Assembly (NCBI GenBank): GCA_040397175.1
Contig: JBBAWM010000001.1
Location: 217,976 to 281,975 of the forward strand
Direction of reading: 5' to 3'
Source of the DNA: Candidatus Limnocylindrus sp.
GTDB taxonomy: Bacteria > Chloroflexota > Limnocylindria > Limnocylindrales > Limnocylindraceae
Length of the DNA: 64,000 nucleotides
Shown here: positions 1 to 9,161 of the stretch, one piece after another
Position numbering within the stretch: the stretch's first letter is position 1
How the letters are laid out: every line of letters begins with the position of its first letter
Made by a program: the position numbers and the translations under genes
The notes under the pieces: generated by a model
Told to the model about the DNA's origin: nothing
Database searches by the model: none
The model's input: only the letters and a program-made list of their open reading frames with translations

Positions 1-618
1 TTCGCCTACGCCGGTCAGGTCTGCATCAGCGTGCAGCGCATCTTCGTGCACGAGTCGGTGGCCGACGCCTTCGAGCAGCAGTTCGCCGCCGGCGCCGCGA
101 AGCTGGTGCTCGGTGACCCGGCGAACGAGAAGACGGATCTTGGACCGCTCATCGATAATGGCGCCGCGGCGCGCACAGCAGAGTGGGTCAACGAGGCGGT
201 CGCCGCTGGCGCGACGGTGATTGCCGGCGGTAGCGCTGCAGATCCCAAGGCACCACGACTCTTCGCCCCAACGATCTTGACGAACGTGCCGCGCGACGCG
301 CGCATCTGCAGCGAGGAGGCCTTCGCCCCCGTGGTGATCATCGAACGATTTAGCGACTTCTCGGCGGCCGTTGCCGCCGTCAATGAGAGCCGCTTCGGCT
401 TGCAGTGCGGGCTCTTCTCCAACGATCTGGCGCATGTGCGCGCCGCATTTGACCGGCTGGAGGTTGGCGGCGTGATCGTGAATGATGTGCCGACCTATCG
501 CATTGACAACATGCCGTACGGCGGTGTGAAGGATTCCGGTCTCGGTCGCGAAGGCGTGCGATGGTCGATGGATGAGATGACCGAGATCAAGCTGCTCGTC
601 CTAGCCGACCCGCAGTAG
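1..618 (+). CDS. Aldehyde dehydrogenase family protein (5'-truncated by window edge)
   Basis: Frame 1 reads FAYAGQVCISVQR (catalytic Cys motif), EEAFAPV and MPYGGVKDSGLGREG. Confidence 0.93.
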   Translation, partial: FAYAGQVCISVQRIFVHESVADAFEQQFAAGAAKLVLGDPANEKTDLGPLIDNGAAARTAEWVNEAVAAGATVIAGGSAADPKAPRLFAPTILTNVPRDARICSEEAFAPVVIIERFSDFSAAVAAVNESRFGLQCGLFSNDLAHVRAAFDRLEVGGVIVNDVPTYRIDNMPYGGVKDSGLGREGVRWSMDEMTEIKLLVLADPQ

Positions 619-623
619 CGGGG

Positions 624-992
624 TTACCCGCCGAGTTCGTCGCCCTCTGGCGTAGAGATGCGGGCGAGCGCCTCACGAACCGCCCGTCGCGCGCGCTTGG
701 CGCGCCGCTTGACCCGAACAATCTCATGGTCTGCCAGGCGGATCAGGTCGCTGTGTTCGCCCTCCACGAGAATCTCGTGGTCTCGCAAGCGCTCAATGGG
801 CGTCAGGAGTTCGGGCTCTGACTGCGGCGCTGGTGGTGGAGGTGCTGCGCGCCGCTCGGGCCGGAGTGGGGCAGCCGCTCGACCGAGGAGTGCGGCAATC
901 GCGCGCACCGCCTCTGGTGGCGCAGGGGTCTCTGTCGTGAGGAGTCGCGGGTCGGCTGCCGACCGTATTGTTGGCTTGTTCCGTTCGACCAT
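624..992 (-). CDS. Hypothetical protein (122 aa, Pro/Arg-rich)
   Basis: ATG at 992 preceded by SD-like GGGGAGGT; fills the gap between flanking genes. This is the C-terminal part of track ORF 624..1817. Confidence 0.55.
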   Translation of the reverse strand: MVERNKPTIRSAADPRLLTTETPAPPEAVRAIAALLGRAAAPLRPERRAAPPPPAPQSEPELLTPIERLRDHEILVEGEHSDLIRLADHEIVRVKRRAKRARRAVREALARISTPEGDELGG

Positions 993-1113
993 TGGCGACC
1001 TCCCCAGTGCTGCGGTGGCTTCCCTTGCTCGTATTCTCGCCGAAAGTGCTGCAGCGTGGCGACACGGTCCATCGATGGAGGGTGCGCGCGTGAGGGGGTG
1101 GTAGGCTCCAACG

Positions 1114-1929
1114 ATGCCTGTTGAGACTGTCGCGCGCTCCCTCTCCTTCATCAATTGGGTGGTGGTGAGCAGCCTAGCCATAGGCAGCCTTGCAGCCATC
1201 CTCCTACTGACCCATCGCTCAGAGTCAACGCGTGGGTACCGGGGCTTCACGGTCTTTGCCGCCGGAGGCTGGGCCTTCCTCGCCTGGCTTGCGGACGGCG
1301 CGCTGCCAATCCCCTCCGCTGACGCACCAATCCACGCCGCAAGTGTCGAGGTAGACGCCCTTCGGCGACTGCTCCTGGTCCTTGTTGCCTGCCTTGCCAC
1401 CCTCTGGATGTTGAGGATTGCCCGTGGTGGTGACGGCCGACGCGTTGGTTGGGTCACAGTTCTTACAGCGATCGCGGCGCAACTTGTTGCGGCGATTGGA
1501 TGGGCGCCCACGCCGCTCATGGCCGCGGCACTCTCACTGCAACTGCTCGTTCTCTCGGCAGTAACTGGCGGCGCATTTGCTGCGATGATCCTTGCGCACT
1601 GGTATCTCGTAACGCCAAAGCTACCGGAGGCACCACTCTTGCTCCTCAGCCGCGCCCTTGGGGTTGGAATCGTCGTGCAGATCGCCCTCTTTCTTGCCTG
1701 GCAGGTTGTAGGGCTGGGTGGCCTCGGTGCGGGTTGGGACTTCTTCGCCATCTTGCGGCTCGTCATTGGGCTGATCTTCCCTGCGCTCCTCACGTATGCC
1801 GGCTGGCGTACCGCCAAGGCGCGCTCGATGGAGTCCGCAACTGGACTCCTCTACATCGACCTTGGTGCAGTCACAACCGGAACGATCCTCGCAGCCGGTC
1901 TCTTCTTCGGCGCTGGCATCCTCGTGTAA
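1114..1929 (+). CDS. Multi-pass membrane protein of unknown function (MILAHWYL motif)
   Basis: About 8 hydrophobic segments; TAGGCT-N6-ATG leaderless start. Confidence 0.75.
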   Translation: MPVETVARSLSFINWVVVSSLAIGSLAAILLLTHRSESTRGYRGFTVFAAGGWAFLAWLADGALPIPSADAPIHAASVEVDALRRLLLVLVACLATLWMLRIARGGDGRRVGWVTVLTAIAAQLVAAIGWAPTPLMAAALSLQLLVLSAVTGGAFAAMILAHWYLVTPKLPEAPLLLLSRALGVGIVVQIALFLAWQVVGLGGLGAGWDFFAILRLVIGLIFPALLTYAGWRTAKARSMESATGLLYIDLGAVTTGTILAAGLFFGAGILV

Positions 1930-1962
1930 CTCGGCACCCGCGCGCGGGGTGCGCTCCGCGGA

Positions 1963-2433
1963 CTAGGAGATCTTCTTGATGGTGTAGTTGATCTCGTTGC
2001 CGTTCGGCAGGGTGACGACGACCTTGTCGTTGACCTTGCGTCCGATCAGCGCCTTGCCGAGCGGGCTCTCGTTGGAGATCTTTGGCGGCTCGCCGCTCGG
2101 GTCGGCCTCGGTGGAGCCGACAATCAAGTAATCGTGACTCTTGCGCTCCGCGGTCACGGTGACGGTGGAGCCGAGGGCGACCTCATCGGTGCCGGCATGC
2201 TCATCGATGATCTCGGCATTGCGGAGCTTCTCTTCAATCTCCAAGACCTTCCCCTCGATGAACGACTGCTCGTTCCGGGCGATCTCGTAGTCGGCGTTCT
2301 CGCGTAGGTCGCCGAGCTCCTTCGCCGCCTTGATGCGCGCGATGACCGCTGGGCGCTGTGAATGGATCAGGTCATGCAGCTCGGCCTCGAGTGCAGCCTT
2401 CCCTGATTCCGTGAGGTAGACAGGTCCCGCCAT
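1963..2433 (-). CDS. greA: Transcription elongation factor GreA
   Basis: GDLRENADY, ISNESPLGKALIG motifs. Confidence 0.97.
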   Translation of the reverse strand: MAGPVYLTESGKAALEAELHDLIHSQRPAVIARIKAAKELGDLRENADYEIARNEQSFIEGKVLEIEEKLRNAEIIDEHAGTDEVALGSTVTVTAERKSHDYLIVGSTEADPSGEPPKISNESPLGKALIGRKVNDKVVVTLPNGNEINYTIKKIS

Positions 2434-2443
2434 GCGGGGGAGT

Positions 2444-2836
2444 CTAGCCGTTCGCCGCCCCCGTGGCGCCCTCGAGGCGAATTGCCAGGGCCAGGAGCGT
2501 CGCGAGCACGAGCATGGCGACCTGCGGGGCCAGGGGCCCCCCAGCCAGGATCAGGAGCACGGAGAGCCCCAGGCTCACGAGTGCATGGGCACGGGGGCCC
2601 TGCCTCCCCCCGATGGTGCGCGCGGTAATGACTCCAAGGAGCAGGAGGTCAAGGGCCCCGAGGGCGATCGTCGCGAATGCAGCGTAGGCGACGAGCCGGT
2701 CGTAGCCTCCCTCGGCTGGCAGTGCGCCGCCCAGCAGGCCATAGGTCAGTGCCCCGGAGGCAATCAAACCGACGCCGCGCACGAATTCAGCGGTCGCGAG
2801 GGCCGCGTAGGTCACCAGAACTGATCCCTTCACCAT
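2444..2836 (-). CDS. Small membrane protein, hypothetical
   Basis: 4 hydrophobic segments; ATG at 2836 with TACCCT-N7 upstream. Confidence 0.65.
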   Translation of the reverse strand: MVKGSVLVTYAALATAEFVRGVGLIASGALTYGLLGGALPAEGGYDRLVAYAAFATIALGALDLLLLGVITARTIGGRQGPRAHALVSLGLSVLLILAGGPLAPQVAMLVLATLLALAIRLEGATGAANG

Positions 2837-2893
2837 GCAACGGAGGGTAGCGTGAACGCGGCAGGCGCGACGCCGAGGGCGCATACTCGCCCC

Positions 2894-3964
2894 ATGAGGC
2901 CATCGTTGGAACGCGCGTCAAATGGTTCCCGCATTACGCTAGATGTCGCGGTTGCCTCACTTCTGCTCAATGCTGGGACCCTCCTCGCACTCGTCACGTG
3001 GCTGACCGCTGATCGAATGGACGCATTCGCTTCGATCGACAACGAGCAGCTACGCGCAGTGCTATCGAGCTTGGCGGTGGGCGCCCCAGTTGCGATCGCT
3101 GCGACCGCTGCTGGTCGACTACGGACGCGCCTCCCCGTTGACCTTGGCACTGGCACACTCCTCGCGTTGATCGCGGCGCTCAGCACGGTGTTCACGGCGG
3201 CAGCGGTGCTCCATGCAGCACTACCGTGGGATGCAAGCGTCCTCATGCACCTGCTCTATGCGTTGGTCAACGGTGCAACCATATTCCTGATGGCTCGCGT
3301 CTTGGCCCGTCGTGCGCGAGAACTTCCTGACTGGATCAGCATTACCGGAGCGGTCTTTGCGGTTGGACTCCTCCCCCTTGGCGCGCTCTCCCTCGTTGTC
3401 GAAACGCTCACGGTGTGGTCGGCCCCTGTTGTCCAATCGATGACGCAGGGAGTGAATCTTCCGATGGTGACTCTCGCGGCGCTTTACGTGGCGGCGCTTC
3501 TCCCCGTCCTCTTCTTTGGACGAGCGCTCCTTCACGAGGAATCGGCACACTATCGCCGAGCTGGGCGTCGCTTCGTTGCGGTGTTTGCAGCCTTCGGTGT
3601 TGGGTTCCTTGCCGCTGTCGTGGTACCGATCGCAACGGCGCGCCTCTACGACACGCTCCAGGCCTGCACAGCGGAGGGCGTCTGCACCCGTCCGGTAGGC
3701 GAGTGGCTCCTCATCGGTCTCCTGACTGGCGGAACTGCCTGGCGACTGATTCGTGATGCCGAGCGGGCCAAGCAGCCGCTGCTCTGGATCGGTGCGCTGC
3801 CACCCATCATTACGACAGCGATCGCGATCAATTGGTATCTCCCTGCTGGGCTCGGTGGGCTCCCACTCGCAGGAACGTTGATCGCCTTGGGCGGACTCCT
3901 CCTATTGCGACGCGCTACGATGAGCCCAACGCCGCGCTTGCGGCGAGCAAAGAAACGGAGGTAG
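2894..3964 (+). CDS. Multi-pass membrane protein, hypothetical
   Basis: About 10 hydrophobic segments, basic C-tail; CATACT-N6-ATG. Confidence 0.7.
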   Translation: MRPSLERASNGSRITLDVAVASLLLNAGTLLALVTWLTADRMDAFASIDNEQLRAVLSSLAVGAPVAIAATAAGRLRTRLPVDLGTGTLLALIAALSTVFTAAAVLHAALPWDASVLMHLLYALVNGATIFLMARVLARRARELPDWISITGAVFAVGLLPLGALSLVVETLTVWSAPVVQSMTQGVNLPMVTLAALYVAALLPVLFFGRALLHEESAHYRRAGRRFVAVFAAFGVGFLAAVVVPIATARLYDTLQACTAEGVCTRPVGEWLLIGLLTGGTAWRLIRDAERAKQPLLWIGALPPIITTAIAINWYLPAGLGGLPLAGTLIALGGLLLLRRATMSPTPRLRRAKKRR

Positions 3965-3969
3965 CACCC

Positions 3970-4224
3970 ATGAGCGACGCCAAGAAGATCACCCTGTATG
4001 GCGCTGATTGGTGCAGCGACTGCACAAGGTCAAAGGGCTACCTCGACGCACACCGGGTTCCCTATACCTACGTTGATGTGGATGCTGATGCCTCTGCCAA
4101 GGAGATGATCGAGACGTTGACTGGCGCGAAGTCGATCCCCGTGATCATCTTCGAAGACGGCTCGTACCTGATTGAGCCTTCAAACCAGGCGCTCGGCGCG
4201 AAGGCGGGAGTCCCGCAGGACTAA
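3970..4224 (+). CDS. Glutaredoxin/NrdH/mycoredoxin-like protein
   Basis: YGADWCSDC CxxC, SIPVI cis-Pro motif, EPSN; SD GGAGGT upstream. Confidence 0.9.
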   Translation: MSDAKKITLYGADWCSDCTRSKGYLDAHRVPYTYVDVDADASAKEMIETLTGAKSIPVIIFEDGSYLIEPSNQALGAKAGVPQD

Positions 4225-4898
4225 CGCGCGGCGAGCGGCAACTCGTCGAGGCTCGTGAGCACCACGTCGGCAATCTCTGTTGCGCCCGTCGATGACGGCG
4301 CACCAGGAAGCGGCACCACCACGACACTCATCCCCGCCGCCTTACCGGCGCGCGCACCAGCCAGCGAATCTTCGATGGCGAGGGAACGCTCTGGCGCAAT
4401 GTTGATGCGGCGACACGCCTCAAGGTAGACGTCGGGGAGTGGCTTGCCACCAGCAACCTCATCGCAGCTCACGTAGGTCTGCACCACGCCGGCGAGACCG
4501 AGGATTTCAATCAACGTGGCAATGATGCTGCGCGGGCTCCCTGACGCAATAGCAACGGGACCTCGGGCGGCGGCGCGTCGCACCGCGGCAACACCGGCGG
4601 GGATCACCTGCACCCGCCCAGCGCGATAGAGCGACTCGAGGTGGTTGATGGTGCGCGTTGCAATCTCGTTGGCATCTGGGTGCCCGAGGATCTCGGCCAT
4701 GGCGCCGCCCCACTGTTGGGTGTTGGCGCCGTAGAAGCGGTGGAAGTCCGCTTCGACTAACCGACCCCCGACTTCGGCGGCGATGGCGAAGCGTGCCTCG
4801 GCCCAGAGCGGCTCGGTATCGCAGAGCACCCCGTCCAAATCGAAGACGACCCCATCGGGGTTCGACACGTACGGCGGGAGGGGCTGGTCTGCAGGCAT
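4221..4898 (-). CDS. HAD-family phosphatase
   Basis: FDLDGVLCDTE, GKPLPDVY, IEDSLAG motifs. Confidence 0.93.
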   Translation of the reverse strand: MPADQPLPPYVSNPDGVVFDLDGVLCDTEPLWAEARFAIAAEVGGRLVEADFHRFYGANTQQWGGAMAEILGHPDANEIATRTINHLESLYRAGRVQVIPAGVAAVRRAAARGPVAIASGSPRSIIATLIEILGLAGVVQTYVSCDEVAGGKPLPDVYLEACRRINIAPERSLAIEDSLAGARAGKAAGMSVVVVPLPGAPSSTGATEIADVVLTSLDELPLAAR

Positions 4899-4933
4899 AG
4901 GCGCAAGGGTAGCGGGGCGCGTACCCTACGCGC

Positions 4934-6004
4934 ATGGGTCCTGTTGTCCGAGAAGAGCCGAACGCCTGGGGGGCACGCCTTCGCGCCGCCGCCGCCGCTG
5001 GCGAACTTTCCGACCTCCCCTTTGTGCAACAGCCCGCGTGGGCCGCATCAAAAGCGCTCACGGGCTGGGAGTCAGTCCGCCTCGTTGCCCAAGATGGCGC
5101 TGCATGGGCGGGCGCGCAGTTCCTGATCCAGCGCCTCCCCGCCGGGCTCGGTCGCATCGCCTACGCGCCGCGCGGCCCGATTGTCGTGGCGGCGCATGAG
5201 GGGCAAGCGGCGGAACTGCGCGTCGAACTGCTGCGCGGACTCGCCGAGCTTCGCCGCGATGGCGTGACGCTGGTGCGCCTGGAGCCTGGCGAGAGCGCGC
5301 CGCTCTCGGACGATGCCGATCAGGTTCACCCTGCCGAAGCGCTGAGCGCGACGTTGCGTGCGCCGTGGCTGAGCGCCGCAGCTTCATCACGGATCTCCCT
5401 GCATCGCGCACGACCGGTGCAGCCATCGACCAGCCGGCGCATCGACCTATCGGCTGGAATGGAAACCGTACGCGCCGCCTGGCGCAGCAAGTGGCGACAG
5501 TACGCACGCCATGCAACGGAGTCTGGTGTCACGGTGCGTGCGGTTGGCGCCGACGGGGCCGAGGCGCTCCACACTGCAATGTCGTCGATCGCTGGCCGAA
5601 CAGGGGTGAAGACGCGCAGCAGTGCCGCATTCGCGCACATTGTGAAGGCCTTCAACGGCGAAGCAGAAATTCTCATCGCCGAATCGCCCGCCGGTGAAAT
5701 CCTCGGTGCGCTCTTGGTGATCACCACGCCAATAACAACGACCGAGCTGTTCGGCGGTGCAACGGGCACCGGCAACGAGTTGCGCGCGCCGTATGCGCTG
5801 AAGGTCACCGCGATGGAGCGCGCCGTTGCGCGGGGGAGCGCCACCTACGACATGTGGGGAATCTCCACCCCAGGGATCGCGCACTTCAAGGCGGGTTGGG
5901 GCGGGGCGCCAGTTGTCTACCCTGGAGCACTCGACGTCGATCTAGATCCGATCCGTGGGCCGCTCGTGCGCCTGGCGCTGCGCCTGCGCGGATTCGGCGC
6001 TTAA
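4934..6004 (+). CDS. FemABX-family peptidyltransferase (lipid II interpeptide bridge)
   Basis: YAPRGP, YDMWG, GIAHFKAGWGG motifs. Confidence 0.82.
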   Translation: MGPVVREEPNAWGARLRAAAAAGELSDLPFVQQPAWAASKALTGWESVRLVAQDGAAWAGAQFLIQRLPAGLGRIAYAPRGPIVVAAHEGQAAELRVELLRGLAELRRDGVTLVRLEPGESAPLSDDADQVHPAEALSATLRAPWLSAAASSRISLHRARPVQPSTSRRIDLSAGMETVRAAWRSKWRQYARHATESGVTVRAVGADGAEALHTAMSSIAGRTGVKTRSSAAFAHIVKAFNGEAEILIAESPAGEILGALLVITTPITTTELFGGATGTGNELRAPYALKVTAMERAVARGSATYDMWGISTPGIAHFKAGWGGAPVVYPGALDVDLDPIRGPLVRLALRLRGFGA

Positions 6005-6552
6005 GCCGCGGCGCGAATCGTTCGGCTCGCCACGAGGGTGAGTAGGCCATTGGCCAGCACCAGTCCCCAGATCAGCTGCGGCGCTCCCGTAACGAGGAGG
6101 CCGAACACACCAATAGTGCTCAACAACATCCCGAAGAGAAGCACCGCGCGGCTGGAGCGTCGTACCCAGAGTGCTCGCGCAACCCAGATCGGCGCCGCCC
6201 CTGCAAGCCCGAGGGCAACAGCAGCCACCATCAGCAGGGCAAGGATTTGTCGAACCCACGCGCCAAACTCTGGCAGATTGTTCTGATCAGCCAAGCTAGT
6301 GAGGATTGCGGCGATGTCGATTTGGAAGCTCGCAAAGATCGAGGCAACGTCGCTCCCAAGTTGAGCGGTGATCTGCTCGCCGAGTGAGGCCCACGTCTCA
6401 CCCGAGATATCAACGGCAACAACTGCGATCGCAACAAGGCCAAGTAGGCCGGCGAGGATCAGCGCAACTCCCAACAGCCCATTGCTTACGGCGGCGGCGA
6501 TCTGCGCGATTCCGCGCGGAACCTGCTTCGGCTCGTCGATCATGTAGCTCAC
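6001..6552 (-). CDS. Membrane protein, hypothetical
   Basis: 4 hydrophobic segments; start overlaps stop of upstream PRTase. Confidence 0.7.
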   Translation of the reverse strand: MSYMIDEPKQVPRGIAQIAAAVSNGLLGVALILAGLLGLVAIAVVAVDISGETWASLGEQITAQLGSDVASIFASFQIDIAAILTSLADQNNLPEFGAWVRQILALLMVAAVALGLAGAAPIWVARALWVRRSSRAVLLFGMLLSTIGVFGLLVTGAPQLIWGLVLANGLLTLVASRTIRAAA

Positions 6553-7031
6553 TCGCCCCCCTTATACGGATAGGTGATCCAGCCGTCGGCGAGTGCCGCG
6601 AAAAAGTCGGGCGCGCCAGGCACTTCGCTCTTGCCAGGCTTGTGATGTACGACGGCGGTGCGCACCGTTGCACCTGCGGCGCGTGCTCGATCCGCCACTA
6701 GGGCAAGGGTACGGCCGCTCTCCCAAACCTCATCAACGATCAAGATCGAGCGCCCCCTCAGTGATTCATCCGAGGGCATGCGCGTAATGGTTGGCTCTGG
6801 TCGCCGGCCAGCGGCATCGTAGTGTTCGGCGACCGCGATCAGGAGGTCACGAATGCCGAGTCGATAGGCGAGCATCGCACCAGGAACCAAGCCGCCGCGG
6901 CTAATGGCAAGAATGCCATCGGGGTGTTGATCGATGGGTTGGGCTTGAATCTGTACTGCCAACGCCTCTACATGTCCGTTCAGTTGCTCCCACGTGAGGA
7001 TGAGCGTCTCGGCGCTTACCTCAGCGGACGT
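6549..7031 (-). CDS. Purine phosphoribosyltransferase (Gpt-like); start uncertain
   Basis: LTWEQL, AISRGGLVP, LIVDEVWESGRT PRPP loop, WITYPY. Confidence 0.85.
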   Translation of the reverse strand, partial: TSAEVSAETLILTWEQLNGHVEALAVQIQAQPIDQHPDGILAISRGGLVPGAMLAYRLGIRDLLIAVAEHYDAAGRRPEPTITRMPSDESLRGRSILIVDEVWESGRTLALVADRARAAGATVRTAVVHHKPGKSEVPGAPDFFAALADGWITYPYKGGE

Positions 7032-8202
7032 GATCGAGCGCCTGGCTGAACTCGGCAATGATGTCGTCTGCCGCTTCAATGCCGATGCTGATGCGGAAGA
7101 TTCCGCCACGCTTCGGCATTGGATAGACCAACGTGTCGACCTCGCCGAGGCTCACGGCGATGGCGCACATCTTGAGGTTGTCGGCAAAGGCGCGCATCGC
7201 GCCGAGGGCGTCACCGTCCGAGCTGCGTGGCTTGAAGGCGAGCATGCCGCCCCAGTTGCCCTTCAGGAGTTTTTCTGCAATGGCGCGGTCTGGGTGTGAG
7301 GCGAGGCTCGGGTGACGAACCCACTCCACCTTCTTGTGATTCTCGAGGAACGCAGCAACCTTGCTTGCATTCTCTGTTGCGCGCTCTACGCGCAGTGGGA
7401 GGGTGCGCGTGCCACGAGCAATCAGCCACGAGTTGAAGGGGCTTGCCGTTCCGCCGTACCAGTCGGTCAGACGGCGAACCGGGTTGATAAGGGCCGCCGA
7501 GCCGGAGACGACACCACCCAGTGCATCGCCGTGACCCGAGATCCATTTCGTGCTGGCGTGCAAGACGAGATCGGCACCCATTGCGAGCGGGCGCACCGCT
7601 GCCGGGCTAAGGAAGGTGTTGTCAATGATGAGGATCGCCTTCGCGTCATGCGCCATCTTCGCGAGTGCCGGGATATCGGTGACGCGGTTCCACGGATTCG
7701 ACAAGAGCTCAGCGTAGATCACGCGAGTGTTCGGCTTGATTGCAGCCTGCACGCCGGCAAGATCCGTGATGGGGAGCGAGGTGACCTCGATGCCACGCTT
7801 CGGAAAGTCGCCCTCAAACATCATCTGGGTTCCGATGAAGAGGTCATCCGCAACAATCAGGTGATCCCCAGCCTTCAGGTGAGCGAACAGGGAGGCTGAA
7901 ACCGAAGACATGCCGGCGGATGATGCGACCGCGGCCTCCGCGCCCTCAAGCGCGGCGATCTTCGCCTCGAGGGCGTCAGTAGTTGGATTGCCAACGCGCG
8001 TATAGAAGTACGCCTGCGGCGTGAAGTCCGCCGCAGCATCAACGGCCGCCTCTTTTTCGTCGGCGGTTTCGAAGCTGAAGGTTGCCGTTTGGAAGATTGG
8101 GAGGTTGTGCGCCCGTGTCGTGGGATCGGGGGCCTCGCCCGCATGCACCGCAAGGGTAGCGGGAGCGTCGGTTGCCAGATGTTTGCGTCCGTCTTTCACC
8201 AT
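7021..8202 (-). CDS. Cys/Met-metabolism PLP enzyme (methionine gamma-lyase/cystathionine gamma-synthase family)
   Basis: YTRVGNPT, IDNTF, HASTKWISGHGD (PLP Lys), SLG, RISIGIE; TATGAT-N6-ATG. Confidence 0.93.
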   Translation of the reverse strand: MVKDGRKHLATDAPATLAVHAGEAPDPTTRAHNLPIFQTATFSFETADEKEAAVDAAADFTPQAYFYTRVGNPTTDALEAKIAALEGAEAAVASSAGMSSVSASLFAHLKAGDHLIVADDLFIGTQMMFEGDFPKRGIEVTSLPITDLAGVQAAIKPNTRVIYAELLSNPWNRVTDIPALAKMAHDAKAILIIDNTFLSPAAVRPLAMGADLVLHASTKWISGHGDALGGVVSGSAALINPVRRLTDWYGGTASPFNSWLIARGTRTLPLRVERATENASKVAAFLENHKKVEWVRHPSLASHPDRAIAEKLLKGNWGGMLAFKPRSSDGDALGAMRAFADNLKMCAIAVSLGEVDTLVYPMPKRGGIFRISIGIEAADDIIAEFSQALDHVR

Positions 8203-8227
8203 GGCGGGATCATAGTCACTTTGAGGT

Positions 8228-8299
8228 GCCTGTGGCGGGGCTGACGCATTGGCGCGCCTGCGGCGGGGCTGACGCATTGGCGCGTCTGCGGCGGGGCTG
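8228..8299. repeat. Tandem repeat, 28-bp unit x ~2.6, immediately 3' of tRNA-Gly(CCC)
   Basis: gcctgtggcggggctgacgcattggcgc / gcctgcggcggggctgacgcattggcgc / gtctgcggcggggctg. Confidence 0.85.
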
Positions 8300-8373
8300 G
8301 AGCGGGAGACGAGGCTCGAACTCGCGACCTTCTGCTTGGGAAGCAGACGCTCTACCAACTGAGCTACTCCCGC
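8298..8373 (-). tRNA. tRNA-Gly (CCC)
   Basis: 76-nt cloverleaf GCGGGAGTAGCTCAGTTGGTAGAGC...TCTGC-TTCCCAA-GCAGA...GTTCGAG...CTCCA. Confidence 0.97.
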
Positions 8374-8423
8374 GTGGGGGGTGAGGATAGCGCATGGGGA
8401 GCGTGGGAGGCTACGCTCTGGGC

Positions 8424-9161
8424 ATGGACTTTGAGCACCGCTGGCTCGGGAGAATCGGCTACGACGAGGCGCACGCCCTGCAGCGAGCGCTGCTGGCTGA
8501 GCGTGCCGAGGGTCGCGGCCGCGACACCCTGCTCACGTTGGAGCACGATCCCGTGATGACCCTGGGGCGCAACGCCAACCCGACCCATCTGCTGCTCTCT
8601 GAAGCTGACTACGTTGCGCGCGGCATCGCCGTGCGACACGTCGAGCGCGGTGGCGAGGTCACCTATCACGGCCCTGGGCACCTGGTGATGTATCCGATCG
8701 TGGCGCTGCGCGAAAACGGCATCTCGCTGCGTGCACACATTCGTGCACTCGAGGCGGCCCTGATTGCCGCGTGTGCGGCGTTCGGTATTGCTGCGGAACG
8801 GCGTGATGGAGCACCTGGCTGCTGGGTGGGCGAGCGCAAGATTGGTGCGGTCGGCGTGCGCGTAGAGCGTGGCGTCGCCTGGCACGGACTTGCCCTGAAT
8901 GTCGGGCGGGATCTTGCGCCATTCGAACTGATCAATCCATGCGGCCACGCCGGCGTCGTCTCTACCTCGATCGCCCTGGAGCAAGATTGGGCGGCCACCG
9001 CACGCGGCGAGCGCGATGTGATTGGTGCAGCTGCCCCTGATCTTCGGAGCGTGGCGGATCTCGTGGCTGCGGCGTACGGGAGCGAACTTGCCGCGTACGG
9101 CGCGAGCGCTAGCATCCCCGAGATCAGCGCAGTTCCTGCGTCTGCAGGGGGTCCACGATGA
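8424..9161 (+). CDS. lipB: Lipoyl(octanoyl) transferase
   Basis: EHDPVMTLGR, RGGEVTYHGPG, KIGAVG, HGLALN, INPCG. Confidence 0.95.
   Translation: MDFEHRWLGRIGYDEAHALQRALLAERAEGRGRDTLLTLEHDPVMTLGRNANPTHLLLSEADYVARGIAVRHVERGGEVTYHGPGHLVMYPIVALRENGISLRAHIRALEAALIAACAAFGIAAERRDGAPGCWVGERKIGAVGVRVERGVAWHGLALNVGRDLAPFELINPCGHAGVVSTSIALEQDWAATARGERDVIGAAAPDLRSVADLVAAAYGSELAAYGASASIPEISAVPASAGGPR

Noticed and set aside
8228-8299. 28-bp repeats as a CRISPR array
   Set aside because: Units are directly tandem with no spacers, there are fewer than 3 copies, and no cas genes are present.
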